Below are positions 51,063-61,221 of a stretch of 64,000 nt of DNA, piece after piece; the stretch's first letter is position 1; every line of letters begins with the position of its first letter. The position numbers were made by a program, and so were the translations under genes. The notes below the pieces were generated by a model. It did no database searches and was not told where the DNA came from. It saw only the letters and a list, made by a program, of their open reading frames with translations. Origin of the DNA: Heteronotia binoei (lineage: Eukaryota); assembly GCF_032191835.1 (NCBI RefSeq), contig NC_083231.1, positions 36,890,001-36,954,000 on the forward strand, read 5' to 3'.

Positions 51063-52383
51063 CTGTTGAGAGAATCATCAAGGTTATTAATTTTAAAAAC
51101 ACACCAATAACAGAGTGCAACTTGCAAATTAATGTAAAGTTCTCTAGATAAAGAACACTAAGTAGAAGCACATTTCAAAAAACTAATAATTGGTTTTCTG
51201 CACAAACTCTAGTAATTATTCAAATATTTTCAAGCAGAATTTACATTTTCAACTGCAAAATCACTGCAGGACAAAATTCAGTAAAAGCAGGTGCAATTCT
51301 GTTAAAGGCCTACTTTGAACAAACGTTTAATTCATCCCAAGTTGTTGCTTACTACTTTTAACTCAGAACTTTGCTGGAGATCAATGAAGTTCAAAGTAGA
51401 ACTTCAATGAAATTGAGACTGCTAAAAACCACATTCAAGTTTGGGAGTCTTCTCAGAAAATCCCAGTACAATCACTGCCATAGCCTTTCATCACACTACC
51501 TTAAAGGAATATGCCAGCATTTGGAAAACATTTGTGGATGCAAACCAATGGCTGGCATATAGGTCGATGAGATCCTAAAGATCTTTAAGTTGCTGAAACA
51601 TTAATTCCATCAGTCAATGTCAGATGTAGAAAAATACATTTTCAATGAAATATTTGCTCACCACTTTCTGAAACTGGGTAGCTTTGAACTTGACCTTTAC
51701 ATTCATTTACCTTGACAATTTCCATTAAAGGAAAAACAAACAACATCCACATAAATCTAAGAACTGTAAGATAATTACGTGATCTTGCCAGGTCATTCTT
51801 CAAGGACCCTTTTGATTAAATTAGTTTTTGAAGGTTTTGTAATTATTTTTACTTTTAAAATTGCCACAAAGATGGTTTACGTTTCAGAGAAAAGATCTTT
51901 GCTACCAATTTAAGTTTTTAAAATGCATTTTCTGAATACTTGTAGTTATTCTCAAATGCATAATGACAGGTTTTTGCAAGGTTCTTGCAAGGAAGGGCCC
52001 CATTTTTAAAATCTTATCTCCTGAGGCGTTATAAAGGTTGTGATGGGGGGCGAGGGGAAAGAGTTCATAATTTATACTGCTTTTTTCCTGCTTCAGCTTC
52101 TGGGCAATCAGAAAAACCATACAGAAGAATCCAGTTTCCACTGCTCTAAAAACGTTCCTGTGAAATCTACTCTTCAGAATTTCACATATACCATAGAATA
52201 TTTTATCTTACACAATAGTCCATTTTGTGATGAGGAAAGTATTTCAGTGTGGAAAGTTCTGTTCACTCTACTAGCAACATGCTTTGCCAGCCATTCGATT
52301 CAAAATCCTTTCAAAGTAGAACTTCAATGAAATGTAACAATTATTTTGTCCCTTTACTACCTTCAGTGGCTTGAAAAACTTAC

Positions 52384-52530
52384 ATCACCAGAAATGTCTG
52401 TCTGTGAGCCTGCATCCAAAGTCTGTCTAGAAAGGGAGAGCTGAGAATGTGCTGGGCTGCAACTCAGATCGGGTTCAGATCTGCCAATAGTTTGGTCAAA
52501 GAGGAATCTTTCTCTCAGCTTTGCAAGACT
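52384..52530 (-). CDS. WWC2: WWC2 exon (~7), 147 nt, SLAKLRERFLFDQTIGRSEPDLSCSPAHSQLSLSRQTLDAGSQTDISGD
   Basis: Acceptor ccccag|A, donor GAT|gtaagt; lies within ORF 52363-52677. Confidence 0.96.
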
Positions 52531-54518
52531 CTGGGGGGGAAAGACAAAAATTACTTGAAAACTTGGTTGAATTACTTGGTTACACATAACCAAAATATAT
52601 GATGGAAACACACGCCCATAAAAAGAGTTTTTCAGAGAAATTCCCTGATAATTCACCGTATCCATGTTGAGAGTCAACCAGGATCAACGCTACTAAGTAG
52701 ACCAGGTAGGTGGCCGCTTAGGGCGCCTATCTGGTCACAGGGGCGGTGGGCATCCCCTCCATCTCCCCACACATACTACCTGAGGCGTGCCACTACCTCT
52801 ACTTCCTCCTCCCCACATCCAGCCAGGCAGCTCAGGTAGTGCCTGCTCCCTCCCTCGGCACCTTCCCCTTTTCCTGAAGCTGCCTCACTGAGAATGTGAG
52901 AGAAGAAGCAGTAGCACGAGGAGAAGGTGGAGGAGGAGGCCTTGTGAGTGGGCAGCCATATTGTTGGGTGCCAGGAGGGCCAAGGGTGGGAGAAAAAGGG
53001 AGCTGAAGGGTGAACAGCATGCCACTGCTTCTTCCTCTGGCTTCCGAGGCATCCAAGAGGCAGCAGGCAGGGGGCACCCAGGGGGTGCTGCAGCAACACC
53101 TGGGACTGTCCAGGTAGGACAAGCACAGCAGAGGCTGGCTGGACGTAGCAAGCAAGCCTGGTACTTTCTTCTTCTTCTCCCCTCTGCACGCTGCACTCGC
53201 CTCCTGCTCTCCCTCCCGGCATGGCCCCTGCTGGGACAGACGGGGAATCTTGGTAAGAGCCATGGTCTGTGGTCTTCCTTTCACTTTGCATGTGGAAAAT
53301 ACTGGGGCCTTTTGGAAAGGCTCCCCCTTCTGCAGCCTCCTCCCTCCAGATCACTCAGCCCACACTAGTTCATATCGATGAAGCAACCAGACTGGGTTTG
53401 CTTATGGTTTTGTGTTTGTTTCCTCCCTACTATATTATCTGGTTCCCCCAGGTCAAAACCTTCCTGCTGTTTTCTCTGCAGGGTGGATTTTAAGCCACCT
53501 GACTGATGGCACTTATGGAGCCATTAGTCAAACAACCGACCTTGATCTTGGTAGCGCCTCTTTCTTCTCTGGCAATGGGTAGAAAGAGAGAGAGCACCAT
53601 GGGAGGCAGCTCCAGGGAAGAACATCCAAAGGCTTTCTTTCCGCATGCGAGAGCAAGCAAGCAAAAGGGAGAAACTGTCAGATAAGGCTGCTAGACTCTC
53701 CCTGCAGCCTTTCAATTGTTACCTCCCAATTGGCTTTTAGTGTCTCTTTTTTATATATTCCTCCTTGTATCACGTTTCCCACACTCATTTCAGAAAGCTG
53801 CCCAGAGATTCCAAATGTAGTTAAGAAAGTGGAGCAGGGAAGAGGCAAGTTCCTGGCACAGAAATGAGCAACAACTAAAAGAGAGGGGGTCAATCTCACA
53901 CCCTCCAACTGAGTTGGACTGTCTCTGCCAACAATACAGACTCCTTGGACAGGTTTGCTGGCACACATTTCCAGCCTCTGCCTTCAGCCAGAGGCACAGA
54001 TGTGGGAAGGATGGAGCCCCCCATAATCCCTGCCTCTGGCTGGCTGCCTGCCTTGGTGCTCCTGGGCCTCCTCCTGGCTCCGGTTAAGGTGGAGGTGCCA
54101 CTGGGCATCTTGCGGGTGGGCAGGCAGGGCAAGGAGAAGCGCAGGCAGCAGGGGCCTTGCCTAGGGCATGAAAAAACCCTTACAGCAGGGTAAGAATTAT
54201 GTAGGTATGACAAAAAGTAAGCTATAACAGGAGTGTAGATGTGGCCAACCTCCTTGTTAAAGCTGCATTGGCCTTGTTCTTCCACAGTGGCAGGCCTGCA
54301 AGGCCTCAGACAGGAGGGGGGAAGGGGTTGTATCATCTGATTCCTCCACCTTTCTGTATCTTCCACTTTCACAAGCTGTTTGATTAGGGATACTTAGGGT
54401 TGCCAGTGGGAGATGGGGGCACCAACATGTAGGGTGACCATAATGTCTGAAGGCCAGCCAGGGACACTGGGGGGTGGGTGGGTGGGTGGGTAGGGGTGCG
54501 CGCGCGCTTCGCGCGCCG

Positions 54519-54764
54519 CCGGAAACAGGAAGTGACGTCGCTTCCGGTGACGTCACTTCCGGTGACGTCATGCCACCACCGGAAACAGGAAGTGGCATCA
54601 CTTCCTGTGACATCATTTCCCCCCGCGTCACCTGCCGGAAACGGGAAGTGACATCACTTCCTGTGACATCATTTCCCCCAAATGCCACTGCCGGAAACAG
54701 GAAGTGACTTCACAGCACTTCCTGTGACGTCCCCAAAAATCCCCCAAATATCACCGCCGGAAAC
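54519..54764. promoter_or_regulatory. Repeat array of ETS/GABP and CRE motifs
   Basis: CCGGAAAC at 54519, 54579, 54635, 54691 and 54757, mostly followed by (A/G)GGAAGTG; TGACGTCA twice; composite TGACGTCACTTCCGG at 54548-54562. Function untested. Confidence 0.55.
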
Positions 54765-55662
54765 AATTTTGTTCTCAAATCCTGTATATACTTCATCAGT
54801 ATATGGGATAAGGCACTTTCTCAACTGTGCTGCATAATGCAGCCTATTTATTTTGTCCTGTTGGCTCTGTTGGCTCTATCTGCGCCACCTTCATCACTTT
54901 CGGGGTGTGGATCCCCCAGTGGGGTGGTCTCCCGACTCCCTCCGCCGACTGTTTCTGATAGCCCTGCGCCCCCTCTTTCATTTGATATGTGTCCCGTGCG
55001 GGTGCCACCCTCCCGCCGGGAGATGCCGCAAAATGAGCCCCCTTGAGGCTTATGGCGGCAGGGCTCGGGGGAAGCGAGCTAGACTGCTGTTCTTTTGAGG
55101 GGTTATAGAGTGTTTCGAGCCCGTCCCTGTGGCATCGGTCCCATCGTTGTGGGACCCAGGGGGCCGGCGCAGCGGCACGCCGAAGCAGCCTGTCACTAAT
55201 AACACCGGTCGAGATGCAGGACAGGAACCTGGAAGTGACCGACAGGCTGCTTCAGCGTGCCGCTGCGCCGGCCCCCTGGGCCCCACAATGATGGGACCGA
55301 TGCCACAGGGACGGGCTCGAAACACTCTATAACCCCTCAAAAGAACAGCAGTCTAGCTCGCTTCCCCCGAGCCCTGCCGCCATAAGCCTCAAGGGGGCTC
55401 ATTTTGCGGCATCTCCCGGCGGGAGGGTGGCACCCGCACGGGACACATATCAAATGAAAGAGGGGGCGCAGGGCTATCAGAAACAGCCGGCGGAGGGAGT
55501 CGGGAGACCACTCCACTGGGGGATCCACACCCCGAAAGTGATGAAGGTGGCGCAGATAGAGCCAACAGGACAAAATAAATAGGCTGCATTATGCAGCACA
55601 GTTGAGAAAGTGCCTTATCCCATATACTGATGAAGTAAATACAGGATCTGAGAACAAAATTG
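54764..55662. repeat. Long inverted repeat (arms 431 and 422 bp, 46-bp spacer)
   Basis: 54764-55194 is the reverse complement of 55241-55662, apart from about 7 substitutions and a 9-bp duplication in the left arm. Confidence 0.95.
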
Positions 55663-55672
55663 CACTAGAAGA

Positions 55673-55803
55673 CACAAACACAAAGCTCCCTTACACTGAA
55701 TCAGTGCTTGGGTCCACCAAAGTCAGTATTGTCTACTCCAGTCACAAACACAAAGCTCCCTTACACTGAATCAGTGCTTGGGTCCACCAAAGTCAGTATT
55801 GTC
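55673..55803 (-). repeat. Two tandem ~70-bp copies of a CR1-type 3' terminus
   Basis: CACAAACACAAAGCTCCCTTACACTGAATCAG...GTCAGTATTGTC at 55673 and 55743; related to the dispersed repeat at ~19005. Confidence 0.65.
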
Positions 55804-56329
55804 ACATAAGAGAAGCCCTGTTGGATCAGGCCAGTGGCCCATCCAGTCCAACACTCTGCGTCACATAAGAACATAAGAGAAGCCCTGTTGGATCAGGCCA
55901 GTGGCCCATCCAGTCCAACACTCTGCGTCACATAAGAACATAAGAGAAGCCCTGTTGGATCAGGCCAGTGGCCCATCCAGTCCAACACTCTGCGTCACAT
56001 AAGAACATAAGAGAAGCCCTGTTGGATCAGGCCAGTGGCCCATCCAGTCCAACACTCTGCGTCACATAAGAACATAAGAGAAGCCCTGTTGGATCAGGCC
56101 AGTGGCCCATCCAGTCCAACACTCTGCGTCACATAAGAACATAAGAGAAGCCATGTTGGATCAGGCCAGTGGCCCATCCAGTCCAACACTCTGGGTCACA
56201 TAAGAACATAAGAGAAGCCCTGTTGGATCAGGCCAGTGGCCCATCCAGTCCAACACTCTGGGTCACATAAGAACATAAGAGAAGCCCTGTTGGATCAGGC
56301 CAGTGGCCCCTCCAGTCCAACACTCTGCG
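55804..56329 (-). repeat. Tandem array (~8 copies, runs into the gap) of a 67-bp CR1 3' terminus
   Basis: Unit ATAAGAACATAAGAGAAGCCCTGTTGGATCAGGCCAGTGGCCCATCCAGTCCAACACTCTGCGTCAC; homologous to the end of the CR1 at 48401. Confidence 0.9.
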
Positions 56330-56642
56330 NNNNNNNNNNNNNNNNNNNNNNNNNNNNNNNNNNNNNNNNNNNNNNNNNNNNNNNNNNNNNNNNNNNNNNN
56401 NNNNNNNNNNNNNNNNNNNNNNNNNNNNNNNNNNNNNNNNNNNNNNNNNNNNNNNNNNNNNNNNNNNNNNNNNNNNNNNNNNNNNNNNNNNNNNNNNNNN
56501 NNNNNNNNNNNNNNNNNNNNNNNNNNNNNNNNNNNNNNNNNNNNNNNNNNNNNNNNNNNNNNNNNNNNNNNNNNNNNNNNNNNNNNNNNNNNNNNNNNNN
56601 NNNNNNNNNNNNNNNNNNNNNNNNNNNNNNNNNNNNNNNNNN
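56330..56642. other. Assembly gap (313 N)
   Basis: Run of N between two tandem arrays. Confidence 0.99.
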
Positions 56643-56709
56643 AGCCCCCCCCCCGGCCCCCTTACCTGCGGCTAGTCCGGCGGCGGCGAGTCTGGCAGCG
56701 GCGGCGGAG

Positions 56710-57980
56710 AGGCCTTTCCGACGCCCCCCCCGGGCGGAGGAGAACGGGGGGGGGAATGCTAGAGGCCCGGGAGGGCGTCGGAAAGGCCCGCGGTGGTCGC
56801 TGGAGGGCCTCCAGCGACCACCGCGGGCCTTTCCGACGGCCCCCCGGGCGGAGGAGAACGGGGGGGGAATGCTAGAGGTCCGGGAAGGCGTCGGAAAGGC
56901 CCGCGGGGGTCGCTGGAGGGCCTCCAGCGACCCCCGCGGGCCTTTCCGACGCCCTCCCGGGCGGGGAAGGACGGGGGGTGGGCGTTCCGAGGCCCGGGAA
57001 GCCTCGGGAAGGCCCGCGGGGGTCGCTGGAGGGCCTCCAGCGACCCCCGCGGGCCTTTCCGACGCCCTCCCGGGCGGGGAAGGACGGGGGGTGGGGGTTG
57101 CGAGGCCCGGGAAGCCTCGGGAAGGCCCGCGGGGGTCGCTGGAGGGCCTCCAGCGACCCCCGCGGGCCTTTCCGATGCCCTCCCGGGCGGGGAAGGACGG
57201 GGGGTGGGCGTTCCGAGGCCCGGGAAGCCTCGGAAAGGCCCGCGGGGGTCGCTGGAGGGCCTCCAGCGACCCCCGCGGGCCTTTCCGACGCCCTCCCGGG
57301 CGGGGAAGGACGGGGGGGTGGGGGTTGCGAGGCCCGGGAAGCCTCGGGAAGGACCGCGGGGGTCGCTGGAGGGCCTCCAGCGACCCCGCGGGCCTTTCCG
57401 ATGCCCTCCCGGGCGGAGGAGGACGGGGGGTGGGGGTTGCGAGGACCGGGAAGCCTCGGGAAGGCCCGCGGGGGTCGCTGGAGGGCCTCCAGCGACCCCC
57501 GCGGGCCTTTTTGACGCCCTCCCGGGCGGGGAAGGACAGGGGGGTGGGGGTTGCGAGGCCCGGGAAGCCTCGGGAAGGCCCGCGGGGGTCGCTGGAGGGC
57601 CTCCAGCGACCCCCGCGGGCCTTCCCGACGCCCTCCCGGGCGGGGAAGGACGGGGGGTGGGCGTTCCGAGGCCCGGGAAGCCTCGGAAAGGCCCGCGGGG
57701 GTCGCTGGAGGGCCTCCAGCGACCCCCGCGGGCCTTTCCGACGCCCTCCCGGGCGGGGAAGGACGGGGGGGGTGGGGGTTGCGAGGCCCGGGAAGCCTCG
57801 GGAAGGCCCGCGGGGGTCGCTGGAGGGCCTCCAGCGACCCCCGCGGGCCTTTCCGACGCCCTCCCGGGCGGAGGAGGACGGGGGGTGGGGGTTGCGAGGC
57901 CCGGGAAGCCTCGGGAAGGCCCGCGGGGGTCGCTGGAGGGCCTCCAGCGACCCCCGCGGGCCTTTCCGACGCCCTCCCGG
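56710..57980. repeat. GC-rich 113-bp tandem array (11 units), each holding a 24-bp-arm palindrome
   Basis: GTCGCTGGAGGGCCTCCAGCGAC recurs at 56796, 56909, 57022, 57135, 57248, 57362, 57474, 57588, 57701, 57816 and 57929. Confidence 0.95.
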
Positions 57981-58016
57981 GCCCCTGCCGCCACCGCCGG
58001 GCCCCGTGCGCGGGCA

Positions 58017-58112
58017 GGGAAAGCGGCGAGGGAGGGAGGGAGCGTCCCTGCGCGTGCGCAGAGCGATCTGCGCACGCGCAGGGTCGCTCCCTCCCTCACT
58101 CGCCGCCTTCCC
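58017..58112. promoter_or_regulatory. GC-rich hairpin (~46-bp arms, GCGA loop) with two NRF1-consensus motifs
   Basis: TGCGCGTGCGCA at 58049-58060 and TGCGCACGCGCA at 58069-58080 flank the loop. Confidence 0.55.
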
Positions 58113-58886
58113 CGCCCGGGCGCGCGGCCCCCGGCTCTCTGGCTGGCTAAACCGGGACCTCTTAATGGTCCCGGTATACCCAGCCCGGGAGCCGGGAATT
58201 GGGGGCCAGAACCGGGAAAGTCCCGGGAGACCGGGACGGTCTGGCCACCCTACCAACATTGCACATGGCTTTATGTTACTTTCAGGGGAAGCCAGAAGTG
58301 ATGTCATAATGCTTTAGGAATCACTGGATACACTACCATTTACCAATTCCTAGAGAGACATGATGTCACTTTCAGATTTTTCCTGGAAGTGATGTCACAA
58401 CTTTTCTCTTGTCACCTGAAGGAATGGTGGCAGGAAAAGAAAGTTCCTAGTGGGAGGCCTCCTGCCACAGTGGGAGACCCAGTAATCCTGGGATACTCCA
58501 TCCTCCCTGACCTGCCATAGATCTTTCTTAAACAGGCTGCCCTTCCAATCCCCTCTCAAGGCTGACTTCTTCCATCCCCCTTTCACCCAATCAGGAACTG
58601 TCCTGGAACCTAGTCTCAGCTGCAGCCATCTCCTGGACAGGGGTTGGTGATGTGATAAACTTTGTGCCAAGCTGCCAAACTTGATTACTTATCTCAGAGA
58701 CTGCAGCCCCACCCTACTTGTTTTGGGCTAATGTGTCTGTAAGCTATGCATGGCTTGCCTTAGCCAAGGCAAGTTGTGTCTGCGAGTCTGGGACAGGTCC
58801 CAACATTAGGTGGGATACATAATTAGCAAAATAATCCATTAAAATGTTGACACTGCAACTCTGGGAAATAAATTATATCCAAATAC

Positions 58887-59016
58887 CTGCATTAAATCCT
58901 GCTTCTCTTTCTCGCCTGAGCTTATGGCCTTTCTGATAGACTTCAGCTCATTCACAATGGCTTTGGCTTCACTTAGTTCATACCCACTCTGGCCTCCAGA
59001 CATTTTTTGGTCAATT
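58887..59016 (-). CDS. WWC2: WWC2 exon (~6), 130 nt, [43 protein letters not shown]
   Basis: Acceptor ctacag|A, donor CAG|gtattt; phase 2 to 0. Confidence 0.96.
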
Positions 59017-61221
59017 CTGTAGAAAGAGAGAATAGCAGTAACTAACTCCTCAAACAGAATGTTTCGCTTTGAGTTTGGAAAGAGATCTCATTAGAATGAA
59101 TGGAGAAAAGATTGGTAATATATTTTCTCCCATACTAAAATAGCTATCTCCAACCCGACACAAGAAGATATCATTTTATGGAATCATCATGATGATATAC
59201 ATAAGAAGTGTTTGCCTCTCATCTCTGATCCCTTTCTTCAATTACTTCCAAAATAAACTGATTTTATAGGAAAGTTCCACTAATGCTGCTGTAAGAATTT
59301 GGCAGTGCTACTGGGATGTCTTTAATTGACTTGGTGTCAAAGACTCAAGCAATGTGGAAAGCGAAACTGGCACAAACTGAGGATCATCCAGAGAAATCAG
59401 CTAGTATTTTTTTTTGTTATAAAAGCCCAGGCTTCAATTTGAATAAAATATACAATAATTTTACATTTTCATGAAAATAGAGATGTAACCCAAGGCAAGT
59501 TAGCCAGACAAAATGCAGAACTTGATCCTTGCTAATTTGGACTTTCTTTCCCAGGCATGAATTTCAGGATCTTTAAAAAGCCTATATTTAACTGAAATAC
59601 CTACCTACCTACCTATCTATCTACCTATCTCTTTCTGCATGCTTAACGTAGCTTCAGATTACAGCCCCCTTCTGTAAATGGCTTTTTCTGGAGAGATTAC
59701 AAAACACTGCGCACAAGAAACATACTGATTTTTTTAAAAAAAATAATCTCTAAGTACAGTGGGTATCTCCAGATGCGTAGTTTAATAAAACTCAGTTGTA
59801 AAAAATTAATTACGTACTACATTTTTAGAAGAAATATTCTCAAAGCCACTCATATTAACAATAAAATAAACAATGGGTGGGATCCTACCAACTGCAGGCA
59901 GAAGGTGCTTGTGGGTACACAGTAGGAACCTCCTGGTCAACATGCCACAGGCCAGAGAAGGCTGCAGTGAGGAGGATGTAACCATGTCAGTGGAGCCTAT
60001 TGGGCCACTGGAAGAGCAAGGGGGGGGTTAATTTCTCCTGATTCTCTCTCCTCCCACATCCTGTCCCATTTTGTCCACAAGGTGCCTAGGATGCCTGCAT
60101 CAGCTTTTTGGTGGTCTCAGGAAACTGCTGATGAAGGAGGTAGTCCATGAATGCTATCTAACTTTCAGTTTGTTTAGACACTGTTTCAAATTTGACCAAA
60201 ACTTTAAACTAGCTTCTAAAAGCTGTCAAACAACAGCTTTATATTAGGAATCAAAACTTCTCCAAAGAACTGGAATTAAAGGCCAGCATATAGAATTCTT
60301 CTTTCTTGTTCTTTTGGTCATCATCTATTATTTTCAGTTGCAAATTATGTTCAAAGAGAAGGGTGCGCTAACGGTTCAAAGATAAGAAGCAGTCTGCAGC
60401 AATATGTACATATTCAATATCTTACATAGAATTTGTATGCTGAAGAGGCAAGGTGTTTCTTGACTTTGACATTAAGGTTTTAATTTTTAAAAATTAAATT
60501 ATCTATGTAAGTATTATAGTTCAGTTTCAGGGATTAAAAAGTACTTTTGTACCAGTAATACAGGAAGATTGACACTTAATTACATTATCTGAGTATGGAA
60601 AGGGAAATAGTAGGTTGCACTGAACAGGAAGCCAAATTTACAAAAAGACTTGATAACCAATGGGTGAGAAACTTGTCTGAAAGAAATACATGTTGAGACA
60701 CTTCTTCATTTCAGTGAGCAAAATTTCAGCCAAACTACAGACGTGCAACTGGTACATATGCTGTGTTCATTACCCATATAGGCTTGTCGCATACCTGGAC
60801 AGCAAATGGCTTGGATCCAGGAGGAGCTGATGTATATAGGCTATGTCTGACAGGATGGCTCTGTTCAGGAGTATGCTGTGCCCCACTGGTGTTGCCTGCC
60901 CCTCAGGGACTTGCCTCAAACCTGGGCAGCAGCACGGTTCTGGGAAATAGCAATGGGCATAGCACATACCGATGTCTCCTTTGATGCCACAACCAGCTGG
61001 GAGCAAGCCAAGCCCCAGCAGTGTGTTGGCACCCTCCTGGGAGGAGAGCCAGCTCTGCACAGCAAGACCTAGTCTATTCACATTGTGGAAGGGCATAAGG
61101 AGAGTCGTATCACCAGGGCCAGTACTTTGGAGGCAGCCCACAGAAGAACCAGAGCAATGCTGGCATGAGGCTCTCCCATGCTAATAATTCTGCAAGTGTC
61201 AAGTTCAGCAGATAAAACAAT

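Larger units (their letters stand above)
54430..58252 (+). mobile_element. Composite non-autonomous hAT (Blackjack-type) element, ~3.8 kb including a 313-N gap
   Basis: Ends TAGGGTGACCA...TGGCCACCCTA with subterminal GGGAC/GTCCC motifs; TSD CCAACATG / CCAACATT (7/8). Confidence 0.8.
54395..58489 (+). mobile_element. Older hAT MITE (~265 bp when empty) interrupted by a 3.8-kb insertion
   Basis: Left end TAGGGTTGCCA, degenerate right end CAGTAATCCT; 8-bp TSD GGGATACT at 54387-54394 and 58490-58497. Confidence 0.75.

Noticed and set aside
52776-53368. Purine/GC-rich ORFs (103-192 aa) upstream of exon ~7
   Set aside because: No recognisable protein. The left edge resembles a GTGGCCGCTTAGGGCGCC-type MITE, but I could not define ends or a TSD.
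55627-55662. Hammerhead ribozyme at CTGATGA in the long palindrome arm
   Set aside because: There is no stem II and no GAAA downstream, so the core cannot be built.
55804-57980. CRISPR-like repeat arrays
   Set aside because: The units repeat end to end with no unique spacers, there are no cas genes, and the context is eukaryotic.
56236-58317. Very long ORFs (446-693 aa) in several frames on both strands
   Set aside because: They are stop-free only because the 113-bp array is extremely GC-rich. The translations are periodic low-complexity P/G/R/A, and several run through the N gap.
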